A stretch of 64,000 nucleotides of DNA from NCBI GenBank assembly GCA_002633005.1, contig NMRA01000084.1, positions 589,267-653,266 of the forward strand, given 5' to 3'. Below, piece after piece: positions 38,301-53,205 of the stretch. Each line of letters opens with the position of its first letter. Positions within the stretch are counted from its first letter, which is position 1. Position numbers and translations under genes: made by a program. Below the pieces are notes generated by a model. That model made no database searches and was not told where the DNA came from. It worked only from the letters and a program-made list of their open reading frames with translations. Origin of the DNA: Phoronis australis. Its lineage: Eukaryota; Animalia; Phoronida.

Positions 38301-41300
38301 TGGAGTTGCTGTTACTGATACAGCATACTCCTGGTGCTGTCGGTCGTGCGGTGGTGCTTGTGACGGTTGTGTAGGAATTGGTGATGTTGGGTGCCGTCCA
38401 CTCAAGTTATTTCTCCTGGAACTAATTGTAGTTGGGTATAGTAGTGGTGTGGGCACTATTCACGTTAGGGAAACTTGACACACTTGTGGCATCTTACCTC
38501 ACTTAATACAGGTAGGGTAATGTGTTCTTGGGTAACGTGCTCCAGCGTAAGTTGCCGCATGGTAGCAAACATGAAGAAAAAACGGCAAAACTACCAGCTG
38601 TGCGCTTTTTCAGTTATACACATGCGAGCAGATTCCTTTTCGCGCCGTACATGTATCGCTGTTGCAAGATGAAGACGCTTGGCAGCTTGAGAACAAAATA
38701 CTCTGCAGCAAGTTGTTTAGCGCGACGCGTTGTGTGCGCATGACTTGAATAGTAATGGTTGGGGTTGTGATATCTTTAATAGTGCACGTAGATTACTGAT
38801 AAAAGTATTATTTCAACATTTTTCTATCGAGAATATATGTTCGTGCAGTTGCTGTAAAATTACTAATCGAAAAAGACACCGTACACCGTTGGATGTTTTA
38901 TTTAGTCACGAAACTTGTCCGTTTATAATCTAGAATGACAGTGGATGATATTTGATGTATACCTTAAACAAGTAGATTGTTTACAAGTAAAAGCATCAAA
39001 TGGCTATACATACGAGAAGTAACCCTGTCCGCAACATATGCCCTCCAATGTGTACACGAATTATTTAGTGAGTGACGGTTGACATCTTGTAATGTTCTGG
39101 AAACAAATGATGTGAGAACACGTGATGACTCATACAATTTTGAGACTCAATGAATAACGAGACCGGTTTCGAATGGAAATCAGCGATATCGACGGTGTTG
39201 AAAGGCTTTTTGGGTACGGCGAATATCCTTGTACGTATCAATCAACAACGAAGCGATAGCTCACAGCGATTATACATCTGGTACCTGAGTCGGCCCCGTG
39301 AGGTGGCGAAGAGTGCAACAGCTTGAGGCCTGCCCATCCGTCTTTTATCTAGTCAAGTGCGCAACAATGTTAGAATTCCTCAGTGACTGGTTAATACGTT
39401 GACGACAACGTGTTACATACAGATATCTAAGGTTTAACAATCAAATCTTTCTAATGTTCCATCCTAATCGAACGAACTCGAGAAGGATTTTTAAAATGTT
39501 CAAAAACACTTCGGCCATGCTTTCCATATTTTGAGTAATACAATATTGTTAGGATATAAGTTTGTAATGTGATGCGCAGTTATTCTGTCTGTTTCGCGTA
39601 AAGCTGAAGTGCTTCTCTAGGATTCACATTTCCCAAATCAATGAGCATCATTAATTGAGTCTTGTTAAGACCGATTGACTTTTCCGTGACCCGAAAAAAA
39701 TGATTTAAGTCGAACAGCAATTTTGGCGCTACATGTACATTCAACAACTTGCAGTCGCTGATGGGACACGTTTAAAAGAATGTTGTTATCAAAACAAAAT
39801 GATGTTTTATGAATGCGCTCTTTCAACAATGAGAAAATCGTCTTCTTTGTTAACGGGCAATTTCCACGAACTGTTTCAGGGATACGAATCATTCTGTGAA
39901 TGGCATACGTGTAGAGTGAAGAGCGTTTGAGGTTGGAATGCTTTTCTGGATGAATTTTTTACACAGTGCAAATCCAGCAGCTGTTGCCCTGATGAAAAGA
40001 AGACTTGTGGAACTTGTTTTTGTTGTAAGACTATAGGGGTCGGGAGGAATCATTTTGACAACTGCGTGCATGTTGCGCGAGTCTATCTAGTATAATTTTT
40101 AGGTAAATGCTTTTTATCCTCTATTCAAACAAACACACACATGCATGTACACAAGTAGCTTTTGAAACGGAAACAAAATATAAGCGACATGGGAAAATCA
40201 AATCTTGTTATTTTTCTGAGAAATAGCCTTATTTGTAACATTCTTATGTAGATGTGTAGAGGCGCCAATGTGTTCCCAGCACAGAAATCTAAGTACGATT
40301 GATCCTGATTTGGAAATTGTGAATCCTGGTCATGTTCGCCGCTATATCAAAATATGAAAACACTGTTTGTGCATTATCATAAACAAGCCAACAGAGGTTC
40401 GTGATACAAATTACAGCCAAAACACGACCTCTAATGATTATAAAAACAGGCGATTAAGCGATCAAAAAGCTCACCATATTCTTAAACCAGGGCAACTAAC
40501 AATGGAACATTTCCTTTATAGATTCATCCAGTCGAGAATTTCAGACTTCCAGTCTGTTTAGAAAGTGGGTTTTGTTCCTAAAACATTGCTTGGTAAAATT
40601 GTGGGCCAGGTTTTGATGGTCGTCTACATGAAATTAATTCATTTTCAAAAACATAGTACAAATGATAGGGTGAACAAAAACCGACGTAAGCAAAACGCCT
40701 TCTGTCGTTTTCTGTTTCACATTTGTTTCCATAAAACGCGCTGCATTATGTTTTACATGTATTAGTGATCGTGAAAGTCTGTTACTGATTCGCGCGGTGC
40801 ATGATGGACGATTTCCAAAGGAATTCTAGAAATGTGCGCACTAAAAATGCGTAGCATCTAGCTAGACACCCGATGGATTATTCTGTTCACAAAAGTAATC
40901 CCCAAGGTGAAGCGATAAGTTGAACTACTTTCTAACTCACCATCCGTTTGAGCCCTAAGCTACGACACCAGCGCACCTTTAAGTAGAAAGTTGGAAATAA
41001 AAAACAGCAGAACTAATTAAAGTGGAAATTTGATGCCGTCTAATAGGTATGTGCATAGCCGAAGCTCGTCTGAGCCTTATCAGCGTAGTTTATTGCATTT
41101 AGAATGCATGGTTAACGTCTTTACCTTAAACCTGGGTCAAGTTGATTAGACCCGGTTTTAAACAACACAAGACATCTCTTGCGCATCGTTTTTGTGCTTA
41201 CTTCCACCAGTTATCGCGCGCGCGTGTCACTGGTAGGACTAAGTGCGCGTTTGAGTAACTGTCTTCCGTTAAGAAGAGAAAGTGTTTGGATGTCTGCGAG

Positions 41301-44300
41301 AACCGATACACATGCGAACAAGCAAGAATTAACTTCAGACGACTTAGGTGAGAGTTATACGAATACGTCGCATGTCGAAATGTTCTTTGTTATTAATGGG
41401 ATTTGCCGTTAAACTTTATGGTTGGTTCTCGTTGTAAACTACTTGATTTTAGATACGTGAAGTGATCCTAGATAATTTACAGCGATTCACTTTGCAGATA
41501 TAGATATGCTGTTTTGACTGAACATCATCTGTGTTGTAAAATCACCGTTCATAGAATCATCCTCTTTGTTTCCATACCTGGTTAGGCTAATATTCCCACA
41601 ATTCCTTGCGATCAATTTTGATCTTAAAATATTCTGGACAATCTACCCTAGGCTAATCATTATTTTTTCATATTAGGTTTTTCGGTTTCCAGGGAAACGC
41701 AAAATGCTCACACATTTTCTCCATCTCACCTCCCATTAGACAAACCCGACACCTGGCGGAAGATTTCTAGAACGGGAATGTGTTTCCAGTTGAGACGTGC
41801 GGAATTGGCACGAATAGGCTAGAGACTATTTTTTTAGAGTTACGGCGTACGCATGTCGTCAAACTATGCAAGAAAGAACATTTAATTATATCTTAAATGA
41901 AACTATTTCGTTGCATAAGCATCTTTGTGGGCTTATTTTGGCTCAGTTTCTCAATACAACACCTTTATTCTGTCTTATCTGGCGTCTTTATTTTGTTCAT
42001 AACTTTATTGGCGTCTTGAAAAACAAGTTACAACCTGACACAGGCGCATGGACATGTTTGAAAAGAAAAGCTCTCCGACTTGAGCTGAATTCCGGATCAC
42101 GTTATGTCGGTGTCTGACCAACGCTTATTTGCATTTTAAGAGTCTGCGGTTTTAGACTACATTAACTTTTCAGACTAAAAAAGTATATTGTTCTTGGTTG
42201 TGAGGTCGACGTGACGTCATCTTGTAAACCGATAGTTGGCCGGTGACCAAAGGCTTTTCTTCAAAGTGCATAGTCAGGGAGGCGAATTCAAATATGACCG
42301 GTAAGAACTCAGGGTTGTCCGCAAGCAAATACATTCAAAAATAGATGTCGTTTGTAGGTCTGGTATGTAGTCCGCCGGCGGAGAGCTGATACGAAAAACA
42401 GGGATGCTTTTTCACCTGGAAACTGTCCCACCCGCTGTGCACTATATGCCAAAGTGCTATTGTATGGTACTATTTTCCACAAAAAACGTAATTTGCCATT
42501 TTGGCAACGAAAGCATACGGAAATTTGACATTGTTAATCATAATTTTCTTCGATAAGTTACAGCGTTTGTCCCTCACGAACTTCACGTACTCGTTTCTTT
42601 TGTGCGCAATTATTTTCTTTTGGACACATTTCTCATCTCAATAATCTCGCAAATGATTCTCACTCTCTTATGGACAATAGTTTTTTCTCACCAGCAACTG
42701 CTGGTAGGAAAGTAACTGCGTGTCCTTGAGATTCGCGAACAAGGATATACTGGCAACCTATATATTTTAAACCCTTGTGTGAATAAAGGTGTTTTCCAGA
42801 AGTTGAGACCCATGGGTTCATCTATTACATCTCTATAATGAGCAAACCCTACTTGGTAAATCTTTCAAGTATATGATACATGTATCTTTCATTCGTGATA
42901 CAGTGTACTCAAATTTGATTGAATTACCTTTGCTACAGCGTACAAGTTCGCGACTTTTGAAAGGATATCACGGTGGAGAAAATTACCGGTTTTTAAACCA
43001 GTCAATAAATAACAAAGAGTATTTTACGCGAATTCAATTGGTAAATTCCCCAGCCTTGATATCAATGAATGATTGCCGGACAAGTTCAGATTTAGGGATT
43101 TTTAACAAACCGCAAAATCCCAACAGATGTCGTTGTATCAAAGCAAATGACTCATGGAACAATAATCACCACATATTCGTTATCCCGTATAAACCTGAAA
43201 TGTCTTTTTCTGGTTTTCTTTTTTTCGGACAACTGTCTTACTCATATGTAGCATGTATGATCAAGCCGTTCATTCCGTAAAAAGTACTGTCGTGTCTTCC
43301 ATTAACAAAATGTCATAAAATATGCCAACCCACATCCCGTTTGCCCCTAGCTATTCAAGACCAAAGTTTTCGTCTGCACTAAAACAAGCTGCTCACCTCC
43401 CGCCATGTTTTTCCTGGCCCGGGGGTGCTTTTAGACAACCTAACGTTGACGGCTTCGTATATTTTTCATGGAACAATCAGCCTTCGTCGAACGAGGCTTT
43501 GCTCACGCCACCCCAGCCGTGACTTGATCTAAGTTCTCATGATAAAGCCCTGCCCGAGGAAATAGAGACCTGAGCTATCATACCAGTGACGTGAGTTGAG
43601 GTAATCTAGAAAAATTACAATAGATCGCTTTTCTTTTTTATCGCTTTATCTCAACGGTCCAGGTGAAACCCTCTGATTATCACAGGTAAACTGACCCCAG
43701 TCTCATGTCTGCGTAGCCTTGAGCGATCGATCAGAGTCACGTAGCGATTGCCATCTAGGCGTCTTTGCAGGGTCTCCATTGTCAAGCATCCCCTATGCAG
43801 GTGACAGATGCCTAAGGAAGGGGTTTCCCACCATGGTGTTGCCAGGCAAAGGCTATATACATGTGCGCACCCAGCCTTTAATATGGGGGGGCTCGAATTT
43901 CAACCACGTGGATCTTCTACAGCCAAAAAGCCGAAGGACTAAAAAACGGGGTACCACGTCCAGAGCTGTGAATTGTGCGTTTGCACCTTTTTAGTGGGCG
44001 TTTTGTCTCGTTTTCTCGGATTTTTGTTTCTCTGATGCGGACCTTTTTGTCCACTTCGCCAAATGGGGGTCTCGTTTGAGCCCCTCCCCCGGGTGCGCGC
44101 ATGATATAACAGTGTCCTATCCAGTGTGAACAATTTGGATTTCTTTCGAAGCCTGATATTGCTTCACGTGCGTTGCCGACCCTGTTTCGTTGGCCCTTAG
44201 CCTCGTTCCGACCGGCAACGCGCAGTCGCGCTAGTCTACCTTTTCCTCTGCAGCTCGGTCCAGAAACCATATTGTTAGTGTAATCTGGCAGCCCAGCACA

Positions 44301-47300
44301 ATGGCATCAAACAGCAGTTATATGTCATCGTAGTTAAACGGTACATCTTTGACCAATGTATTGATGTTCAAATTTATTGCTACTTGAAATTATCAACAGT
44401 TATCAAAAATATTTCCAGCAATAAACACAGACTCTTTACTGTGTGAAACACTTAATTTCTAACAGGTTCAGTGGTGGTGTATGTCGGATATTGTTTGATG
44501 CAGACAAGTGCGCGTTTACGTGTTATATTGTATGTTATCGCAGTGTAAAAGTGCAATAAATGAAGAGCCTCGGGTCAGTACAATAAAGAAACCACGCCTG
44601 AAATAGATAAGGCTAAAACTGCTGTCAAGTGTCTTGGATGACCATAACCGTAGATAATGAAAAAATGCAAAGCTCATCACTACAACAGATAAAACTAGAA
44701 AAATTGAAATGTTTTCTGAAGAAAAGTTAACACGAACACAGCCACCGTCTGCCGGAAATGTTCACTGAAATAAAACCATAAAAATGCCGAAGCAGAAGCC
44801 ATCCACTAGACACACTGCATAGCAAGAACTAGCGCGTAATATTTTTGCTATAAAGAGAATTAAAACGTCCGCGCAAAGTAGTTCTCTAATTTTGCCATCA
44901 ATTACCTTTCTCGTGAGCCTGGGCCTGCCTTCCGTAGACTCAAGAAACTCGTGAAAACGCAACATTGCGCATGACTTCGTGAGATATCGTCATGTGAAGC
45001 AATGGAGCACCATGGCTTTACTCGCGAATATCGAGCGTCTACGGATTGCAGCCTGGCCCTTCTGTCGTCGTGCCGATCAGTTCCAAGTCACCATCACCAT
45101 GACAACATCTGAGTCGGGCTGACTCAATTTCTAACCTTTGGGCGTTCAGTTTCACCATTATTTCTTCTGATAAATTAAATTTCATTCACTTCTATCCACA
45201 GTGTCAGTTGCATGAATTTTTAGTTACGAAATCCAGCGTCCTTTAAGGTGAATGTTGTGTTTTGGAAGTCTCGCCAAATCTCGCCAAATCTCCCATTTTT
45301 ACGTGTTATAGTAAGTGTGAAGCTTCTTATTCATAAGAGTGCCGCGAAGACGTCTCCTACGGGCATAAATGGGCATAAAATATTTCCGAAAAATGACATC
45401 TGCGTCAAGAGCAAGAAAGCGTGTCTATTATTCTTGCTTGAAGTTTCGCCCAAACAACATTACAAAGATGCACTTTTTTTAGTTTTTTCCTTTTGCAGGT
45501 CATTTTCTCTCATTTTGGGACAGATATTTTCGGTTTTCCAGCAGTTCTATATTCTAGTGCTTGCAAAATTAGCCTTCGGTCAGGAATACCAAATTCTAAA
45601 TACACGGCCCTTTTTCTTCACGAGTTTAAAATCCAAAATACTTAGGTCATATTAGTCTTCGATTGTTAATTTACTGGCAAGATAACTCCGTCGTTGACAT
45701 GTTTAGATTGATTTCAGAATTGCTTGCCTGTCTTCTTTATTTCAAAACGTTAAGTTGAAGATATGGTTCGATTATAATGAAATGAACGGAAAATAAGCGT
45801 TAAAGGATCATGTGCTAAAATGTAAGATGATAACGTGCGCGTAGGAAGATCATACATGCCATTGTGTCTACAAACCCATGGAGTTATTTATATAGAGACA
45901 AACGTAACAACAATCATAACAATTTTTGTCGTGAGCAACGTTACCTGAAATAAGGAAATTGTTCATCTGTTCATCAAATATTAACGGCCACTATGGGCTC
46001 GGGCTCACATGAACAGAAGTTTTTGCACATTCTGGGATATGAACCTTTAAATCAGTTCAAATCTTCACTGCTTTGATGTCTCAATTTGCGAAATACATCC
46101 GTCGAATTGAACAAAAAAATTCTTCACAGGCTTTTAAAAGTGTGTTGTTTAATTGCTATACAACTGTTCCACGCACGGGTAACTGGCATTGTGAGTGAAA
46201 GCGCCTCGTCCAACTATTTAGCAGCGTTTAAATTGAGCGTAAAAAGGAAAATTACCTCGACTGGTCTTAATTAATTCGTCAAAAACTGTCACTCTCTTAA
46301 CCCTGATTGCTAAAACATACGTTCAGCCTCAGTAACACGCAGGCTTTATCTTAAATGCACGATTTAAAAAAGAATCACTTGTAGCTTATATGCGAGTACG
46401 CATCCCGTCCATCTGTGTGTGAAGCTGCGCCCATTTTCGCAGACTTAGGCACACGCACCTGTAAATAAAACACCAAAGTAGCACAATTCTAAACTACGAG
46501 TGAAACTAGACTGATCCGCTACGAAATCGTACACGTTGGAGCGTATTCATCTTAACACTAATTTGCTAAATGAAAAGTCTGAAGAATGAACAAAAATACG
46601 AGTCATCACCTAGTTTAAGACGTGCACATACATGTATGCAACAGATAGCCGGTAAGATAAACACTTGATAAAAAATCTTCGAAATAATGCATAATTTCCA
46701 ATATTGGCGTATGGGCCTAAATACGACCATTTTTAAATGTATATATCTTAAAAGATATGTAAGTACCGAAATTCCTTTTCAACTTGCGGCTGTTTTCACA
46801 TTGTGAATAAATGCAGATAAAAATTGCATGATGCGACAAAGTTTCTAAAGAGTTCCCGCGTGTTTAACCGGTTATATCACATTCACTAGGTGAGTATGTA
46901 AATTAGCTTACGTTTACAAATGACACGACGTTTTTCGGTTTTCTGTGCTAAGCACAACCAGCTAAAAGGTTTGAGGATCTCTCGTTTGCGCCATTATTTT
47001 TTGGCGTTTCGTTTTTTCAATGTGAGCTTTATTATTTTATATTTGCAACAGTTGTATCGATTTTGTGTGAGACACACTTGAAGTTTTTCGTTTCCGTTGG
47101 AGAATTTTTGACAAAGTTCACCGGGAAGTCATTACAAAGTGAGCAATAAGTAGCTCGCGTGTCCTTAAAATCTATTATGAATTAAGTAGCAGCAGTCGTT
47201 ATAGCATGACACGTATGGTGATGAATTGTGACCGATAGCCTTCGGAGATTTTGTATCTGGGAAAATATCCATGTTAAAATTCCCGAATATGTACAAACTG

Positions 47301-50300
47301 ACTGCGCATGTATGACGACTCCTGAACTTCACCTGACACCTATTGTTTGGGATGAATAAAGGGTGAATCACATAGTTTTCGTAACAGTGGTGTTTCTTTT
47401 TTCAACAAGTACGCATTGACTGTTTCTTTCGGTATGTTAACGCAAACCAGACAGAAGTAAAGCCCATAATTCTCTTTTATATAGAAGGCATTTTTTTAAG
47501 GTTTATACATTTTAATTTCTGTATTATCAGGAAAATTTGAAAGCTATTTCTGTAGATATTTTTGCACCAGTAAAATCAGTGAGACAAACTGTTGCCAACA
47601 AGAGTGAACAAACGCGTAACAAAGAATTCGAAAACAAGGAACTAATGCACACATCTTTGATACAAAACTTAAGCTGAACATTTCCAGTTTGGCAGTTTTC
47701 TAGGTCAATTCTCGAGAGATCGTCCACCTGGACTGGGATAATGTTCGACCGCTGAGGTACTGCATTTTTGCTCATCCAAATAAACTTCCATTCTAAACAA
47801 GACTAATGAAAGCCATTGAGCAGTATGGTTTGTCTAAATTCTCAGATTGCGAGACGCGTTAATTAGCGACAGCTTACAATGTCTTCTTCACTCAGCCGTC
47901 TCGATAAACAGTTGTCTCTCTGAGCTGCAAAGTTTGCGTTTTTTTACATTTAGGTGGCAGCCAGAGAGCGGATGCAGGCCGTGTTGGGGTGACATAGATG
48001 AACGGTACTATTTTACCGTGATCTTCTTTTTGCATTCTGTCCACTTTTACTCCTGATGTAATTAACAAATGACATTTTCTTGAAATCGGAATATCAAATT
48101 TTCTTAAATTTATTTCTTATGTTTTCTGGATACTACTCTAGACGATCAATATAAATTTTGTTCAGAAATCTTTTGTTTGAAGCGTCTAACAATAGTAAAG
48201 CATTTAACGGTACGTTGGCGCTTTTGTGACCGAAATACGCATTTCTGGGGTTAAATGTTGGATGGGACAGATTTGTGAAGTTATCGACCAGAGTTATGAA
48301 ATAGCAAAACCCATTGTGTTTTGCTACGAATAACCAATTGTCACCGTTGTTTGCCAGGCGGATTCGCTAACAAGACCGGTGACTGCCAGTCAAATACGCT
48401 TATAATACTTATTCAGTAGTTAAGGAGTAGGGTTTAGGTCCGTCAGCTGAGCGATTGGCTGCGACCAGGGTTCTATGTTCTATGCCACACTAATTACAGG
48501 AAATCATTTTTCTCTCACGTAACGTCTCTTTAAAGAGTTTTGGCGAACGCACGTCAAATTAGACAACAAAATTGCGTCGTTGAATTTACTTTTTAACGAA
48601 AAAAAAACCTGTAAAGGTTTCCATCTTTAGAAGCATTTTTGACCCATTAGTTACTGATTAGCGGATTGTATCGTTCACTAAATGTTTACTTCATTGTCAC
48701 TTTCTGTAAACCTTTTAACGATATTTGTTAAACACTGTTTTGAGCACACAAAGACGGTTAGTCCACGCGTGCCATGTCATTCGTCTGAACACCATGCTGT
48801 ATTTGTTTAACAAGTAACTCTAGATTCTTTCGCGTGTCTTCGCGGTGGCGATTCACACCTAACTAACCAATCTGGCCCTATGTTTACGCTCGCTCCATGT
48901 GTGCCAAGTGAAGAAATATTTACAAAAACTACTCATCGGCACGCGCCGGTCATGTTTTTATACACTCGACCCCCTACCTCTAGAGCATCTTCTTTGACCG
49001 AGAATATTTTGAGCACCGGTAAGAAAACGTCATGCTGCTGTATTCGCATCATTCACTGTCGAAATAGATAGGAAACTGTCTGGTCTAATCAAATCACAAT
49101 TTATTCATCAAAAATTTTATCTTCAAGAAAGTTGCATATATGTAATCTCAATGACTGTGGTTTTGGGTAATAGTTTAGTTCTGTCACTTCGTCCAAATAT
49201 GAGCCTTAATCTGCGAAGTGACTACGGTTGTCATGAATGTTTTGTCGTTGATTGACCATATTCCATCAGCGAAAATAAAATTAATACACAATCAAGAACT
49301 CAAAACAGAGAAAATATTTATGTTTGTACAAGAATGAAACCTCTTCGCCGGGACGTAAATAACAGAAGCCATTTCGACGTATCACTAAGTAAACGTGTTT
49401 GTACGAGAAAGAAAACGGAGTGCTATTCGGAACTAAAAACGGACACCAGGCGGTATTCGTCTCGGCACCGTAAAAGCTTTCCAAAACGTGTCATTGGTTT
49501 GTGGCCTCGCTGTTCTTGCGATCTCCTGAACACATAACGTTGAAATACGCGCAATAGTGCCCCCATTTGAGTAGAATGCACATGAGGGAATATTGTTGTA
49601 AAGACAGTCTAGGAAGGAGACTTAGGAAAGAGGCAATGAAAATATAATCCAATTAACAATTGTACTGTTTTTTTGCCTCCTAACGCAACTTCCTCTGTCT
49701 TTGAACGAAATATTTTAACAAGTGGAGTAACAAATTCTTTAGCTAAAACGATGTTTGTACGTGTAAAACAACTTTCAAAGTGTCATTTACATAGAAGTGG
49801 TAACCGAGCTTAATGATTTCTGAACACAGGAGAATATTTGTAATGTTTATGTAGTTGCTTTGATTTTTGAACCGACGTTGTATATGGCTTCTTTTAAATG
49901 AATGGAATTAAGTGAAAGTCTACCAAGCGTTGTTGAATCAAATGAAATCAAGACATGTTTCCATGTGTTCTCATCAAAGGCATGTACAAAACTAGTTATT
50001 GTATCCCATTTTGTTCCTCGACTGCTTGATAAAAATGTAAACTCTATCAATACTAAATCTCTATTTCTTTCTAATCGTGCGTACGTTTTCATCACTATTT
50101 CACAGAACAAGCCTTTTTTTCGCAAGGACTGAAAATTTTTTTGCCTTTATTTAGAATAATCTGAGCGTGACGGTGAAAAGTTACCTTATACCACCGGTTT
50201 GTGACCGGGGCATCACTACATAACTGAATTAAAGTAACAATGTGCCTAACCCCGCTAGAAATAACGTGACACCAAGCATTATCGGACGGTCCCTTTTGTG

Positions 50301-53205
50301 TGTTTACGTTGACGTATGTCGATGTAATACACGGATCCCTCGATTGTTGGTTGCTCAAGCGAGACAAAACCCCACAATGGTATCCGGAGGCAAAGACAAA
50401 ATGCCCGATTCGAAACGTTATTTTTTAGGTTTTGAAAGCACGTTAACAAAAAAGTGTCACATCGGTGTCTGTCGAACTTGTTGGCCATGTCAATTAGCTG
50501 CGTTTCGTGATCTCAATTTACGGCATTGTTTAGAAACAATCGCTAACGTTTGCGGATGGAGGTGAACACGATTCAATTATTTGTGCTTTATTTTTGACGT
50601 GGGGGTAGATGCACTCTGTGTTTGGAGAATTTCTTGACATGTACGAGCGAAAAATGATGTTCAAAACAACAGCGCGAAATCTGCCAAAGCTCATAAATAT
50701 GTCGGACATAATTCACACTCTCAGCGATGACATGTTTCTTCACCGGTTCATGTAAACAGAGCCAACATCCTCTACAATATCGGGTAATTGATCGTCAATT
50801 TTATACACCTAATTTGAATTTTAGTCAAATTTACTCTCTCAATTTGTCATAATTTGATTTCATACGAGAAGAGGTTCTGCACGCTTTTTATTTACAGTGA
50901 TCACAGAGTTCGAGACAAGCGTCGCTTGCGCCCGTGCTTCAAGAGCACGAGCGCCGTTTACCGTGTTATCACTGTAAACAAAACAGGTAATGAACAAACA
51001 GAGCATAATGAAACTATCAAAACTCTTAATTGTTCGCATGCCTCTCCGATATCACGATGTTTGCCTTTATCGGCTTGACTTCCTACCGGAGTGAGAGCCA
51101 GGTCACGTGACCAGACGAAATACAAAAAATCTTGTGCCGTCGGTTTTGGTTTAAACCTTTCCCGAAGCGCTGAAGATCAGCTGTTGACGTGCAGGTATGT
51201 CTTATGAACTTGTGTTTTCTCATGACAAAAGTTCAATAAATTGTTCTGATGTTTTGTCTAACATACGAAATAGAAGAGGAATTCGAAAAATAGATACATT
51301 AGTGAGCAAGTGCGGGTTGTTCGATAACCCCTTGCCGACTTGACCTTTAAGCAAGCATTCGTTTTTTCTGAAACAATTAGGTTTGTTTTACAATAGCATT
51401 TGTGACATTTTCCATTAAAGGCTTGTATTTTATAGAAACGTTTCATTTTTCACTTATTTACCAAAACATACGAGTAGCCAAACGTTATTATTACTTCATC
51501 GCTGACTTGGTGTTTTAGATAGGTGCCTGTCTTCGTGTTATTACGTGTGTCCCTTGTAATTGAGATTTCTAACGCAGAAAAGATTTTTTAAGTAATTTGC
51601 CAATTGAAATGTATAATTCTTTTGTCTTGAATCAGTAGAAGATTTGCTCCATGCCCTTGCATATGAATCTTGAAATCGCTAGCAAGTCAATCACCGGCTT
51701 TGTGTCTCAAATTCGAGTGGACATGATTCTGCCTGTCTGACTGTGCACCGTACGCAGTGCTTCTAAAACTGAATTTTATGAATGAACTGCAGCCGCTGTG
51801 ATACACACTTTAGTAATCACTTGTAGTTGTAACTCGAGATGGCTTTACATTGATCGACGTACGTTGGCAAAAACTGTTTGTGGTTGCAACAACGTTATCT
51901 CTGAGCCCCGTTATGGTTCTGAAAGTAAACACGATTGAGATCGCCGCTTCGTAAAGAGCAGGATATTAAAAATGCTATAGTAAACAGTTCATTTTTAACA
52001 CAATTCGTATTCTAGTGTTGTCATAGTTGTCAATTCCTAATCAAAGATATGGTGAAAAGGTAACATTTTTCTAATGATACGCACGGTTTGGAAACTGAGC
52101 ATAGATTTTATCGATAATTTTCATTATTTTCAAAACTTACTGGTTCGAAATTTCAATTGTTAAAATGACTGTAAATTATGAGTCATGGTTGCTCATAAAA
52201 ACGTTTATGAATTTGAGAGTCGTTAAATTTTAAATGCGTGATGTTCAATTTGAACTCCACAGCCTTTCATTAAACGAAACCTAGTTCGTCGCGCGGTCTG
52301 ACTTCGTCACCTAAAACTAAATTTTACCTCGTCTGAAATCGATGGTACACAAATGTACGCTTTGCTCAAATCAATAAAAACATTCGTGTGATAATGAGTA
52401 ATTTAAACAGACGTGACAAAACGGGTAATTTGAAGATACATAGAGTACTTGACTTAATGAGTTAATCTGATCAGTCACCGGTTTGTTTTAGACTCATTTA
52501 CATATAAATCAAAAAAGGATAACGTTTGGTTTGTTCCGATCACAACGGCAACGCTGTATTTTTGTTAGATCGATATGTAGGGCTAGCACGCTCATTATAG
52601 CAACGGCTTTTGTTGATTTCAGAGATTACACTTACACAGAGTTGCATTATAGTTCCATTGTAGTCTGAGAAGTTACTTAACCATGACAAACATTGAAGGG
52701 GTGTTTGATTTTTATAACTTTTTCTGGTATGTCAATACAGCAATCTATTGATAAAACTGCAATGGAGCACTTGCTTTACAGTCACTGTTGCGCACATACT
52801 ATTCAATTGGCTTTAACACCAGGGTCAAACATTTGCAAATCTCTGATCTGTTCTCTCTGACTTTTGTTCCATCCATTTGAACCCTTAACAGTATACTGTC
52901 GGTATACACTTAGTACCGACCAACAGCTGCTGTCTAAATGCCTCTCTTAAATGTTCCCGTTTCTAGAGGATGATGTGTATTTTACGCAACGACGATGATA
53001 TGTTGTGCAACAGAACACGTTTTACTCTTGTTATAGTTTGAGCCTTTGAGTAGAAAGAATTCCATTCGTCTCTACCCCCAATGTGTTGCTGCTTGAAAGA
53101 AGATCAAAAGCGAACAGATTCTTTCGCATGTTCTTCATATTTTTGGGTTTTTACCACATCAGCTGGTACTGTAGTTATCAGTGTTTACATAACAAGCCGC
53201 TTGGA

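Noticed and set aside
37994-38478. ORFs encoding poly-Leu, poly-Cys and poly-Ser (97-155 aa)
   Set aside because: They are artefacts of the stop-free CTG microsatellite, and the flanking residues show no protein-like features.
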